Source: Camelus dromedarius
Lineage: Eukaryota
Assembly (NCBI RefSeq): GCF_036321535.1
Contig: NC_087436.1
Span: 112,098,001-112,162,000 of the forward strand
Reading direction: 5' to 3'
DNA: 64,000 nucleotides
Shown here: positions 49,336 through 62,387 of the stretch, one piece after another
Numbering within the stretch: position 1 is the stretch's first letter
Layout: every line of letters starts with the position of its first letter
Made by a program: the position numbers and the translations under genes
The notes under the pieces: model-generated
Told to the model about the DNA's origin: nothing
The model's input: the letters and a program-made list of their open reading frames with translations, nothing else
Databases searched by the model: none

Positions 49336-51738
49336 ATCAAAGAGTCTTTGACATCACAAGAAAGATGTGTAAGTCAGATTGCTTTGTTTGAGGGAAGAAG
49401 TAGAAGATACGTTAGAATGAAAATGATGTCAGTTTGTGAAAATAGAGTGAGTCTGGCTTGCTTTCCCTTCATTAGGACAAAGGAATCTGCCTTGAACCCA
49501 TATCACCCCATCAAAGTTTGAGTGTGTTTCATTCCCATTGTTTTGGCTATTTATAATGGTTATTTACCACAAATAAAAACATCCATGTTGTTTATTTCCC
49601 TGCTAAGAGTATCTCCATTTACATGTTAGCATAATGCATTTACTTATTTTCTGCATCCAGGTAAGTCTAGAGTTTAATGAATCTTTGTGTTTACGATGTA
49701 GTAGAATTTTGTGTTTATTATGTAGTGGTGTCTCAGTGGTAGGATTTTTATTTGGATTTCCGAGGTACTACTGATTTAAAACAACTGTATCAAACTACTC
49801 AGATTTAGACAACAGTTTAGCCATTATTATGTTTACAAAAAATGTTTAAAAATCATAATTATCTATTGTTTTATTATAATTAACTTCACCTAATTAAAAA
49901 CACAAATGTGTGGTGTGGTTATATGGTTTTCTTTTTCCAATGAAGTAGAAAACCATTAGCTAAATAATTGTGAACGGTTAAGTGGTATTAATATATTGTT
50001 AGTTACAAACATTCCTCTTGTTCTGTGTTTTAATTGGGGTCCTCAACTTCTTTCCTTGTTTTTGAAGTGGATTTTCTTTGAAAAATGAAATTACAGGCAT
50101 TTAGAATATAAGTAATGGCCCCAAATTAAAAGTTCTTAACATTGGACAATGGCTTCTCAAAAGACTTGGAGTACTTCAGCACATTCAAGATCTGAACATT
50201 AAAACTGCAGTTTGGCAAGTGTTTTTATTTATGAAGCGCTTAGAGTCCCATGTAACAAACTATCAGAGAATTAGAGATTCTTAAGATAAGGAACAGTTGT
50301 TGCACTGATTTCACTAGAAGTATTTGAGGATGCCTGTTTCACCAGAACCTCATCAGGTTTGTGTTTTAATCTTTTTATTACTATTTTGATTACTAGTTTC
50401 AACATTTTCCCATATGATTATTTACTTCTTGCAATTTCTTTCATGTGAATGCCTTGTAAACATCCTTGAGTTTGAGAAAAGCATTTGAGAATTATTAATA
50501 GAGACGAAATGCTCCAAAAGGCAGATGCATGTTAGTTTGTATCTTCTCAGTGATTAAGAGTTTCCAACTTGTACCATTTGGTTTCTCAATGGGGGAAAAA
50601 ATCAGCTAATATCTACAAGTATACTGTAGATGTCCTAACATCTCTGAATAATGCCTCAAGAAGAGATAGAAGCTAGACCCTACCTCTACACCCCCATCAG
50701 CCTACCAATGCCCATAGGAAGAACTTCTGTGGAGTGAGGGCCAATGCTTGGGAACAAAACAGAACAACAATGGAAAACTTTCCAAGGAACTGGAGTTCAG
50801 AGCTCAACATCCAAATTAGCTATGGATAAACTATTAGCTATTTCCAGACTAATCATGTTTACCTACAAGGTAGAACATTATTTAAAGGTTCTTTATACAT
50901 ATTTCAGGCTCCTGAATAATTTAATCTGTGATTTTCCTTTCTGTTTCATGAATACATGGATAAATAATATATACTGTATTCCACTCTGCTAACATCACAG
51001 AAAATCTGCCCCTTGCTTACAGTACTTTCTCTTTTCAATTTTTGGAGCTTTGACCTAAATGTATTAGAAAACTGGAATCTCTTTTGTAATCTACTAGAAT
51101 CTTAATCTCTCTTCAAGTCTATGTGAAAGATACAATCCTCTTCATGGAAGCACAATGTAAGTTTATGCATATCAATATTTAAATTGGTTTTAATTCCAAG
51201 GATTAAAGCACAAATGTAAAGCATAAGTGTAGCTTATCAGTGTGACAGTGTAAAACTTAAGTAGATTTAGAACTGATGTGGCTGGTAAGTTAGGGAACCA
51301 CTGAATCTAAATCTGAAATGTCTACTGATTTAAAGTCATTTATATTAGGCTGTGCAGTGTGGTTGCACGATTTATTAAATTAAAAGGACATTTTAATCTT
51401 CTCAGTGCTTCAAAAATAATATAATGGTACACTGAATCCAGCATTCAGAAGAAAAGGGCAGAGTTCAAAATCACAAATCTGTTTTTTTTTAACTTTAACC
51501 ATTTTCACATTGTGTTGTACTTAGATATTTGTTATTAGAAATGAGGTGGAAAGACAGGGACAAAAATCGATCTTTGTGCTTCTAGCACCTGCCAAGGAGC
51601 TTTACGTCTACTCTGGGTTCAGTGAATGTTTACAGAAGAAACCAGTGAATGAGTTATAGAGAGATTTCCTCAAGCACATGCAATTTTTTTTTCTGGTTAT
51701 TTGTCCCATTTGCTGCAAGTTACCTATATGTTGCACCA

Positions 51739-51741
<3 letters not shown>

Positions 51742-51778
<37 letters not shown>

Positions 51779-51797
51779 TGTGTGTGTGTGTGTGTGT
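51742..51797. repeat. (TG)n microsatellite with one TA interruption
   Basis: Direct read. Confidence 0.95.
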
Positions 51798-51853
51798 TAT
51801 ATTTTTGACTATACTCCCTTGCAGAACAGAAGCTCTTTGATAAAGATAATCTT

Positions 51854-52516
51854 TGGGATGGATAGGATAATGACTCCCCAGAGATGTCCAGTCCCAATCC
51901 CTGGTACCTACGAATATGTTACCTTACCTGGCAAAAGGAATGTTGTAGACCTGATTAAATTAAGGACCTTGAGATGAGAGGTGATCTTGGATTATTTGGA
52001 TGGGCCCAGTGCAATCACAAGGGTCCTTAAAAGTGGAAGAGGGAGGCAGAAGAGGAAGTGAGAGTGAGATCGTTAGGAATCCATCCACTATTGCTGCCTG
52101 AAGGTGGAAAAAGAGGCCACAGCCAAGGAGCAGCCTATACATGCTGGGAAAAACAAGAAAACAAATCCTCCCCTAGAGCCTCTAGACAGGTATGCAGCTC
52201 TGCTAACACCTTGCATTTGGCCCAGCAAGATCTATGACAGATTGTCAGAACTATAAGATAAATAAACAGATAGATAGATACATAGATAGATACATAGATA
52301 GATAGATAGATAAATACAGATAGATAGGTAGATAGATAGATGCATACATAGATAGATAGATAGATGCATACATACATACATACATACATAGATACATAGA
52401 TAGATACATAGATACATAGATAGATACATAGATAGATACATAGATAGATACATAGATAGATTTTAAGCCACTAAGTTTGTAGTAATTTGTTACAGCAACA
52501 ATAAAAAACTGATACA
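51854..52516 (+). mobile_element. MaLR LTR (MLT1D-like) with an internal tetranucleotide expansion
   Basis: gaatatgttaccttacctggcaaaagg...ttaaggaccttgagatg...ttttaagccactaagtttgtagtaatttgttacagcaac...gataca. Confidence 0.88.
52268..52461. repeat. Complex (GATA)n/(TACA)n microsatellite
   Basis: Direct read. Confidence 0.95.
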
Positions 52517-52899
52517 GTCTCTGACAACATCTTTTTCTCATCACTTTTTTTTGTTTTACACGTGTTCATGCCCCTATTCCACGCTGGAACAAGACAGCAT
52601 TAATCAGGATTCCCCTGTTTGTAAAATCACAGAAAGCTAACATACACTCACTTAAGCCAGAAGAAGAGGGGGTACATCTCATGTAATTGGGAAGTCCAAG
52701 GGACGGAGCTGGTTCATTCCCAGCTAAGCTGAGGGCCCACGTCAGTCTACAAAGACTGTCTCTCTAGTCTGCTTTTCCTTGTATGCAAGCTTCAGGATTT
52801 CTATGAGTCACAGGCTTTTAGTGGCAACACTGCCCTCTTTCTTTCAGTGGAGGATTCTAATCTCATCTGCCCGTATTTGTAACCTAAGAGGTTGAAAGA

Positions 52900-53418
52900 G
52901 TGCTATGATTATCCATTGCTACACTTAAAAATGCCCCAAGACTTACTGGCTTAAAATACAAACATGTCTTTTATTTACTCATGATTCTGCAATCTGGGGC
53001 ACAAAATCTATGAGAGGCAGTTCATCTCTGGTCCTTGTGCAACCAGCTTGAGGCAGCTCATCCAGGGCTCAGGGAATCCACTTCCAAAATGGCCTCACCC
53101 GCACAAGCTGGTGCTGGCTGTCATCTGGAAGACACGGTTCCCCTTCATGGGACTGTTCCCCATGGCTGGGTTGGGCTTCCCATGGGATGGCAGCCTTAGG
53201 GTAGCTGGACTTTTTACATAGCAACTGATTGTCCTGCAAGCACAAAGTAGAAACTTCTAGGCCTTTTTAGGTTTGGCCCCAAGGGACACAGGTCACTTGT
53301 GCCACATTCTATTAAGTAAAACAGATGACAGGGCCCAGCCTAGATTTGAGAAGAAGGCAACGGCAGGAATTCCATTGTTGTGGTTCATTGGGGCAGTCAG
53401 GCTAACAGCCTACCACCG
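52900..53418 (-). mobile_element. MaLR LTR (MLT1H-like)
   Basis: atccattgctacac...cttactggcttaaaataca...ctcatgattctgc...ggaatccacttccaaaatggc...cagcctaccac. Confidence 0.7.
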
Positions 53419-55583
53419 TGGATAATGGAGCTTTGTGAGTTATGGTCCATGCAAGACCACAGAAAAAATGGTAGAGGCCATCCCACAAAGGAAACAGGGC
53501 TGAAAACAAAGCTCAGGTATCTACACCAATCATTTCCTTCGGGGCTAGAAAGTATTTAAGGAAGCAAACCTGAATTTCCCTCTAAATCTATTTTTTGTGT
53601 AGTCTGTACATTATCTGGAGTTTTCAATTGATACTTAAAGTTAAGAAATTTCAAATATTTTTCCCATTTGACTTTCCTTAAACTGTGAATGAAAATAATG
53701 ATAATAGATAGCAAACCCTACTATGAAGAAATTAAATTGTGCAGGATTCATGAATAAACGATAACGTGACTAATCCAGTGATGTTTATTTGCAGTAACCT
53801 TTTTAATGTGACAATTCCTTGGATATTATAGTGAAATATTTTCACCCTACATCTATTTTTTTTTTATAGTTAGTATTTATTTGCCACAGTACAGATCCCA
53901 AAATGTCAAATTACTAGAGTTGATATATGGTAATTAGTTTTAGGTTAGAAGATTTGAAATGCATTTGATTAGTTTTCGCTGTTTAGCAAAGTACAATAAG
54001 GTTTTTCGCATTAACAAAGTTTTCGTCATAATAGATCAGCTATGCATATGTTTTAGGATCTGGTGAGCTCAAATTACTCTTCTTTGAATTTAATATTTAG
54101 CAAATAAATCTGCACATTTGGGGATTAGGCAGTATTTAGGAAATGTATGTGTAAGGATTGTTTAGGATGAAATTGCCAAAGATCCTGGAATATTTAGCGC
54201 ACACTTGTTGATTGGTTTCACTGCAGTAAATATGAAGCAATAACAACTGTATAAATTATTCAGAGACCAGTCATCCACATTGGGCTTCTTTAGAGATCAC
54301 TTCAGAAAGAAGTTTGGCAGGGTCTTTTTGTAGTTATTATTTTTTCCAAATCCATGTACAAAAGAGATAAAGATCCATATGAAATGGATTAATACCAATT
54401 CTTTTAAAATGAAATTAAACATTTTAAAACATTCAAGTGAAGACTGCATGATCTTTCCTACTAAAGCTCTCTTTGGTAATTTATTTATCTTAAATACTAT
54501 TTTTGTCTTTGAGGAAGCTGTATATAGTGAAGGTTAAGAGATTTATTAAAAAACCTTGGATCACTTGAGAGGGCTTTAGTACTTTGCCTCAAAATCTGCA
54601 CATAGGCAAAATTCCTGATATTATGAGTTGGGATTTTCGGTGTAAGAGGATTTAAAGTCTCTGCTAAAGCCAGGGCTTGTTAGCTGTTTCTAAGCGTCAT
54701 ATATCAGAGAGACCCAGCTACTTACCAATCTCAAACTAAAATGAGGCAGGACAGGACACACAGAATGAAAGAGACTGATTTAGACCAAGTGGAAGGTATC
54801 AAGTTCTCTTAAAATGGGCCTTTTATTCTAAAAAGATATTTTATTCAACTCCAGAAGCAGATAGAATAATCAGCATTTACGTAGGCATGGGTTTCTTTGT
54901 ACATGCAGATACGCATCACGTTTTAAAGACTTCCTTTCATTAAATCAATTGGAGACAGTGTTGGAAAGTGTTTTTGTCTTGGTTGTTTGCAGAGTTGAAG
55001 TTAGAGACCCCAATTATCTTACTAATGAGTCATGTGACTTTGAAACCATTCCTAATAACTTTTTCTTTCATAATAACCTTCTGGGATCTCAGTTCCCTGC
55101 TCTCTTGGGGTTGTTCTGAAAACCCAATGAGTGAATTCCAAAATACTTCACACTCCACAAAGCATTACATTATCAAAATTTATATTATTAGGACTACTGC
55201 TTCTACTACTAATAAAACATGATTCAGTAACTGGTCTGTAAACGATCCATTGAAAAATCCAGGTCAATTGGATACTTTATTTTTTGAAAATATGTTCATT
55301 TAGAGGTCCAAAGTAGTCAGTACATTTGTCCCCCTTATGTTTAAAATACTAACACTCACACTATTGACTTTCAGTGAACACAAGGTCTGGAAAGATGACT
55401 TTCTCCTGAATACTTAGGGATTTTATTGTATTAAATGTAACCTAGAAGGGATGTGGCGGTTGAGAAAGAGAAATTTGCCTTCTGGTCTGATTTGTATCCA
55501 GTCGGAGATCTGGCAATGGTGTGGGGTGTATGGGACTGTCTGGATATTTCTGCTAACAGTTTGTTTCTCTGTTTCTCCCCCAG

Positions 55584-55756
55584 CCATCGGCAGGACCCTC
55601 ATCCCCCGTTACTTTAGCACTGTGTTTGAAGGAGGGGTGACTGACCTGTATTACATTCTCAAACACTCGAAAGAGTCCTACCACAACTCATCCATCACGG
55701 TGGACTGCGACCAGTGCGCCATGGTCACCCAACACGGGAAGCCCATGTTCACCAAG
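55584..55756 (+). CDS. LDB2: LDB2 internal coding exon (likely exon 3), LIM-binding dimerisation domain
   Basis: Encodes (T)IGRTLIPRYFSTVFEGGVTDLYYILKHSKESYHNSSITVDCDQCAMVTQHGKPMFTK. This is the LDB2 sequence; LDB1 reads RYFRSIFEGGATELYYVLKHPKE. Acceptor ttgtttctctgtttctcccccag ends at 55583, branch point TGCTAAC at 55551-55557, donor AAG|GTACAG. 173 nt, phase 1 to phase 0. Confidence 0.98.
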
Positions 55757-56034
55757 GTACAGGGCGGGCTCAACGACAGGGCTTCCTAACTGGGTGTGTT
55801 GAAAGATAATCATGACTGTTTTCTTCTGAAACTTTGAGCTGATTTCTCACATCTCAGACACTTTCAGCACTGTGAGATGATGTTTTTGCTGGTAACATGG
55901 CAAGACTCTTTGGGCGGATCCTGTTGTAAACATGTGCACGTGGTACAGAGTACGCCAAAGCCAAATGTGATAGACCCTCAAGAAGAGAGTTTGGGCTGCC
56001 TATTAAGACTTAGGCTGCTAAATAGAATTTTGTT

Positions 56035-56276
56035 GTCTTTTTTCAACTGAGATATAATTGACATATAACAAGGTATTAGTTTTAAGTGTACAACATAATG
56101 ATTTGCTCTATGTATAAATTGTAAAATGATGACCACAGTAAGTTTAGTTAACATCCATCACTACACATAGTGACACTTTTTTTCTTGTGATGAAGACTTT
56201 TAAAATCTACTCTGCTAGCATCTGTCAAATATATAATACAGTATTGCTCACTATAGTCCACGATGCTGTTTGTTAC
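56035..56276 (-). mobile_element. L1 3' end (L1MA9-like)
   Basis: gagatataattgacatataac...gtgtacaacataatgattt...agacttttaaaatctactct...aatacagtattg. Degenerate TSD core atagaatt on both sides. Confidence 0.8.
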
Positions 56277-59200
56277 ATAGAATTGTGGTTTTTACACAAA
56301 GGGTCTTCTCCACTTAAAAGAACATTCTCCTATTATTGTGTGGTCAGTATGTGTGTTTCATTACTAAAATTAAACAATTTTTAAAGCTAAATTCAAGCAG
56401 GGGAAAAAACTGACTAACTACAACTCAACTAGCCATAATCTTTAAGGGACACAAAAAATGTAAAAATATAAATGAAATTAGGGGATTCATAGTGTTAAAA
56501 GTTGTTTCCCCAGATTTTAAGAAGTTCTGTGATTTTGGTCAGCGTATTAAGCAAGGAACTCAGCAGATGAGCGACCTCATCTTCTATACATTCTACCTCT
56601 ATCATCCTCCCCAGACACACAAAAAATGGACACACTGAGTGTTTCCCCTGGGCAAAGACCTTTCGGGAACACTATACATAATCCCTTTATATTTACCCAC
56701 AAGAAGAAAAATTAGTAAGAACAAATACTTAGTCAAAGAATCTGGGAAAGGGAGCTTTATTTTAATGAACACTAGTCCGTTGCATTTTGACTAAGACTCA
56801 GTGTGAAACTAATTTGTAATATCAATGTATATCTCTTTAGTGGAAAACACAAATGACAACTCTCTCTTTACAGTTAAGAGAAGCTGAATTATCAGGGTTA
56901 ATTGCAAAGGCCCAAATTATAAAACCGAAGATGGGTTTGTTACTTATGCACAATTTGGCTGAAAGAACAAATATAAAATGTTCATTATTTAAAGTATTCT
57001 TTGATCTTCTTGGTGCAGTTTAATCCTTTGGGTGCCCATGACAGTGTTAAAAAAAAAAGGGGGGGGGAAAGGAAATGGTTATAAAATGCAAAAGCAAATC
57101 ATCAAATGCCATTGATTTGATAGCATCTTGATTTTGTCAATAGACATTTTAAACGTGGAACAGGAGATGGGTTTTTTCCTTTCCTCCTTTTTAGCAGTTG
57201 AGCAGAGAGGAAAGCTGTCAATCAGGGACCAGGAAGATCCCCACTGCCTGCAGAAGTCCGTGCTGGGAAGAGAGCTTTGCTCTGTAGAAAGGAATGATCA
57301 CCTGGATGACAGTTTACTCTGTCCGCTGGCTCACTTGTTATGGAAGATACAAAACATTTATATCACCTTGTGGGTAGACAGTCATTTCTAGCCTTCCAAA
57401 GCCCAAGCATTACAAAGAAAGCCTTTTTCTGTTGCTTTATTATTGTTTGTGTAGGCTTAGGGCTCCTCTTAGGTAATTCAAGAAAAACACACCAATTCCT
57501 TATTGAGATTGGGAAAAAAAGAAATCCATGATAATTAAATAAAACTTTGCCATAATGAAGGAGCTACTTCCAAAGCCTGTAGCCACTAAAAATGAAAATG
57601 CCCGTAGTAGTGGTAGCCTTTTCATATATTTCCCCAATTTCTCTTTTTCTCAGACCAAAACTTTTTCATACCTAAGCATAATCAGTTGCTCTGAAGATAT
57701 AGTATTGTATGTTCCGGACTAGTTTTAAATCAAAAAGAATCCCATTCTTCTGATGAATTTGAAAAGTGCTTTTTAAAATTCAAATTAAGATGGCACTTGC
57801 CACAAAGATCTGGTCACCCCCCTGAACTCAGTTCTCTGGGACTCAAGCCTCTGACTACTCATGGCGACACGTTTGCCAACTCTTGTCATGAATAATTCCA
57901 TACTGTAATGAAAGAAAGATATCACTTTCTGGGAAATGTAGCTTAGCTATGTGGACTTAGTCCAGATGCTAATTATGCACATTTATTTTTAGAAAATTCC
58001 AAAGCATTCCTCTTTTTTTTTTTTTTGCTCCTTGGCCATCATTATACTACCCAAAGAATCCAATTTTTCTTTTGTTCTTATATTAATTAAGAATAACTCA
58101 TCTTTGTGTAATAAAAAAGAATGGCTTTTATGTACAAACCAGTGGGCTAATGACCTTTCAGTATCACCAAGAAAAATAATTTGGAAGCTGATGCTTTATT
58201 TTTAAAGGGGATCGTGCTGTTAATACAGGGCATTACTTAGCACATTATGTGTAGGTAGTACCACATTGTTCTAATTTAGAATATCAACAGACTCTAATTC
58301 CCCAAATAGCATTTGACCCAGTGTTTCTGGGTTGCTTTTCAGAAAATCTGGTCAACTGGTAAATCCCATATCAGCCACAGCCCTAATCAACAGTAATACT
58401 TAATATTCCTCAGGACCGTAGTGAACATTTTGCAATTTCCTGATTCTGGGAACTTTATAGATTATGGATAAATATGTAATTAGAGTGTGAAAACATACAT
58501 TATGAAATCTTTCTTTTCTGTATTTAATTTCGATTCAAATTGGAAACAGGGCTCAATAATCAAGGAGCGATCACTGAGGTTTTCAGAATCAAAGACCCTT
58601 GAATTGTATTTGAGGGTGTGAATACTGGCAGATACTGAAAGGACCCCTCTCTGGGGAACCTGTTGGGTTATTTGGGGGTTTCTCACAAACTAGGACAATA
58701 AATATGGCCATGACTGGACACCCTTATCACTCCTGTAAACACAGGCTTATGTTTTTTCTCTTGATCTCAATTACTTAATGAGAATTATTTGCTACTGCAG
58801 AAAAGTACCAAGGAAATGCCAACCAGTTTTCCAATACGAATCCTCATTCATGCCTTTGTCACTCAGTTCATCATTCTTACCTGAGGTTGTAGACCACGTT
58901 ATACTCCAGGATTTATACGTTTATGCTCTTATCTTGACTCTAACCAAATTATTATAATACCAGTGATTATATTCTCTAATAAATGTACATATATGTATTT
59001 GCATATTCATTTATACATGCAGCATCTCCAAGTAAAATACAATGAGCTTTATGTAACTGTTCATCTAAAAGCACTAGTCCATGCCTGCTGTTCCAAGCAT
59101 ACAGACCAAAAAAATTAAATAAACACTCCCACCTATAAAGCACATTTTATTTCATAAAAGCTACATGAGAATCATTTTATTACACAATGACAGACATGGT

Positions 59201-61434
59201 CAATATTGCTTTCCAATTAGTCAAAGAAAGAAAAGGGTTAAAAAGCTACCGGTTAGTTTGAGAAATGTTCTTTTTTAGTTCTCTTGCTCCTGGCCTAGTC
59301 TCAAGCTGGCACGTGATCCGCTGAATGCCTGCCAGCCTCTTTCGTGTTGATCCTCCGGAGACCATCTGTGCTGGGGGCATTGATTAGAGTGTGTCTGCTG
59401 GGATTACATCTTTTCTGTTGCCATGCCAACTAATCAGCTGATTTTGGTTACCACAGAAACAAAATGTCAGAGCTCACAGTACGGTAACATGAATTCAGCA
59501 CAACAGAAAATGTTTTCTTAATTGGGGACCCTTTTGATTTTGGATCTCAACTGAAAGGCAGTTTTGTTTTTTTTTTTAAGGCCAACTTTAGATAAAAGCT
59601 ACATTAATTGTATTGATTAAGAGGAATGCACAGAATTTTTCTGAAAAGAGAAAACATTAATTCCCCTTCATAAGCTATGCCCGGTTTTTGGTTTTTTTTT
59701 TTTCCCACCATTTCCAAACAAGGAATGTATATATTTTTTCTTAAGTGCCTCTATTCCACTTGCTGATTGTTGCATATGAATTAAATCACAAAGCTTTCAG
59801 TTTCTTTTAACCTCCATGATGGGGGCAGGGAATGGAGAGGCTTCGTAGGGCTTGTGAGCAGGCTGTAGGTATCATTACTTGGGGAAGATCAGCGGTGACC
59901 AAATTCTCCTCCATCCTTTCATTCAAGAAAGTCAGTCATTTAGTTTTCCTTAAAGAAAACTCTCAACACAGCCAAATGAGATTCAATTCTCAGGATTCCT
60001 CTCTCACACATGATCCGCCCTGGATAAAGCTGATCCCTAGGTTTGGACTGAGAAAGGAGGAGCCCAAGGCTGTTGCAATGTTCCCTTTTGTAGACCTGTA
60101 GCAGTTTGACTGTAAGAAGAGACTTCAGCGGGTTTGCTATGTCACAGTAAACAAAGAACACAATTTGACTTCACCTTAGAGATGCTCCAGTGGACTAATT
60201 CATCAGAAGAACTACATCCATGCCTTCCCATTATGAAATTCTGTTCCAATCAAAGTAAACCAGAACCTCTATCTGCCTTGGGTTTGTGGTTCATAAACAC
60301 AAAACAAACAGATTAGATAATTTTTAAAAGCCTGACATTTAACTGGGCTGGTATTTGTTTAAACAGCCAATAATCCCCTCTCTTTAAAAGAACAGGATTA
60401 TAGCATCCAAATATCCCTGTCCTGTATTGTCAAGACATTTCTCTGTCCCTGGCCGGCTGTAGTTACCTCCCTTCTGTGTAAGCCTTCACTGCAGGTGGCT
60501 TCTGCCATGTCAACACCCCAGTGCGAACTGTGTGGCTTAATCTCCATGCAACTCTTTTGAAAACCTTGGTAAATTAATTGGGATGCTGATGCTGATGGGA
60601 TTCTAGAGGAGTGGCGTGGGGACACTGAAGTCTTCCCCCATCTCATTACACTCAACTCTCGTGGCGAAGATGCCAGAAACAAGGCCCTGAAGACCACTAA
60701 ACTGAAGAGTTTTGGGGCAAGCAGCCCAAATGCCTGAAATTACCCACAGTTCTGCTAATTGGATCTGAGTTAGATAGAGGTCTTCACCCAGATTATCAAT
60801 AATTATCTTACAATGTTTTTGAGACTTTGGATAAAATGAAAATGGTAGACATTATTAGCATCTTTCTTAAGCAGTGCACTATCAACATGTTACTAATTCT
60901 CCTGCACGGACTTATTTAAAGAAAATATTACCTTAAACTAGAGAGAATAGAAAGTCCCTAACCCACAGCCTAGTACATAGTTGGAATTCAATAAATGGGG
61001 ACTTTTTGTATTAAATTTCCAAAGAGGGAAGTGATTAGTAATATTTCATAAAAGGTTGATATAAATTGTGAATTATCTTTATGAATTATAGTTTTAGAAA
61101 TATTCCCTATTCAGTTGATTGTTATTTTTTTAATGTATAGTTCCATCATTTCCAAAGTTTTGCATTTTTTTTTTAGTCTAAGAAATCCTTCTCCAAAAAA
61201 GCTTGATCAGAAGTCCAATATTTAAAACAGATAAAACTGAAGATGTTCCAGTTGAATCTAGAAAGTGAGTGGAAATCTCAGCATTCAGGTGGCGGCTAGG
61301 CTCTTCTTCCCAGCAAAGCCCCTGAGACACTGTTCATAAATCCTAGGTCTCTGTTGGGCCATCACGACAACCACTGGTTGGGAGATCTGTTTTCTCTGGT
61401 TCCATGTCTCTTATCTTTAGAGCCATCATTTACT

Positions 61435-61670
61435 GTCATTTCACTATGTGCCAGGTACGATACTAGGCAATCTACATTCACAATTTCATTTAATATACTT
61501 TCCCAACAACCCTACCTAAGGATATTATTATCCTCATTTTACAGACATGGAAATTGAAACTTAGGGAATTTATTTGATTTTTCCCAAAGATCCAAAATTA
61601 TTGGAAAGTAGAATCAGGATTCGAATCTAGTACCTTCTGATGCCAAAGCCCCCATCCACTATTCTGTACT
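61435..61670 (-). mobile_element. MIR SINE
   Basis: ctatgtgccagg...attattatcctcattttacagacatggaaattga...ggattcgaatctag. Confidence 0.8.
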
Positions 61671-61899
61671 GCTTCTTTGAGGCAGACCTGGACTGAATAA
61701 TGAACTTTAATTATTTAAACTGGACCAATATGCTGCCACCACTTCCTATCTTAGAGTTGAGATAGGATGAATAGTGTGAGATTGCACAGCATTTTCTTTC
61801 ATTTCAAAGTCATGAACAGTGAAAACAAAGGTAAATAAAACAGGAACTACATGCCAAAACTCCTCTGACTTTTGAAAGGAGATAAAAATGCTACCCCGT

Positions 61900-62387
61900 T
61901 ATTTATATAAAGGAATACTACCCAGCCATGAAAAAGAATAAAATAATGCCATTTGCAGCAACATGGATGGGCCTAAATATTGTCATTCTAAGTGAAATAA
62001 GCCAGAAAGAGAAAAGAAAATACCATATGATATCACCCATATGTGGAATCTAAAAAAAGAAAAAAGAGGACACTAATGAACTCATCGGCAAAACAGAAAC
62101 AGACTCACAGACTTAGTAAACAATCTTATGGTTACTGGGGGAAACTAGGTGGGAAGGGATAAATTTGGGAGTCTGAGGTTTGTAAATGTTAGCTACTATA
62201 TATAAAAATAGATATTAAAAAAATTTGTTCTGTATAGCACAGGGAAATATATTCAATATCTTGTAATGACTTTTAATGGAAAACAATATAAAAACAAATA
62301 CATGTATGTGTACGCATGATTGTACATTGTGCTGTACATAGAAGTTGACACATTGTACCTGACTATACCTGAATTAAAATAATTTTT
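61900..62387 (+). mobile_element. 5'-truncated cetartiodactyl/camelid L1 (ORF2 end plus 3' UTR)
   Basis: ggaatactacccagccatgaaaaagaataaaataatgccatttgcagcaacatggatgg. 15-bp TSD aaaatgctaccccgt (61885-61899) / aaaatgctaccctgt (62388-62402). Confidence 0.93.

Larger units (their letters stand above)
1..55583 (+). other. LDB2: 3' part of the very long LDB2 phase-1 intron (likely intron 2); upstream exon lies outside the window
   Basis: The upstream LDB2 coding sequence (...EDGPKRY) is not found in the window. The region is repeat-rich, non-coding, and ends at the exon acceptor. Confidence 0.9.

Noticed and set aside
51690..51797. Possible TDP-43-repressed cryptic exon before the (TG)n repeat
   Set aside because: Both candidate splice sites (AAG acceptor, GC|GTGTGT donor) are weak and the exon would be only about 22 nt.
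52135..52544. Repetitive YLSI/MYVC ORFs and an array-like pattern
   Set aside because: These are translations of a tetranucleotide microsatellite; there is no repeat-spacer structure, so it is not CRISPR-like.
55451..55583. N-terminal extension of the 112-aa ORF upstream of the LDB2 exon
   Set aside because: It is intronic read-through across the branch point and polypyrimidine tract; similarity to LDB2 starts at the acceptor.
55718..55720. Ala in CDQCAMV where I recall Thr in human LDB2
   Set aside because: Based on memory only, and I believe Ala occurs in other mammals; not evidence of novelty.
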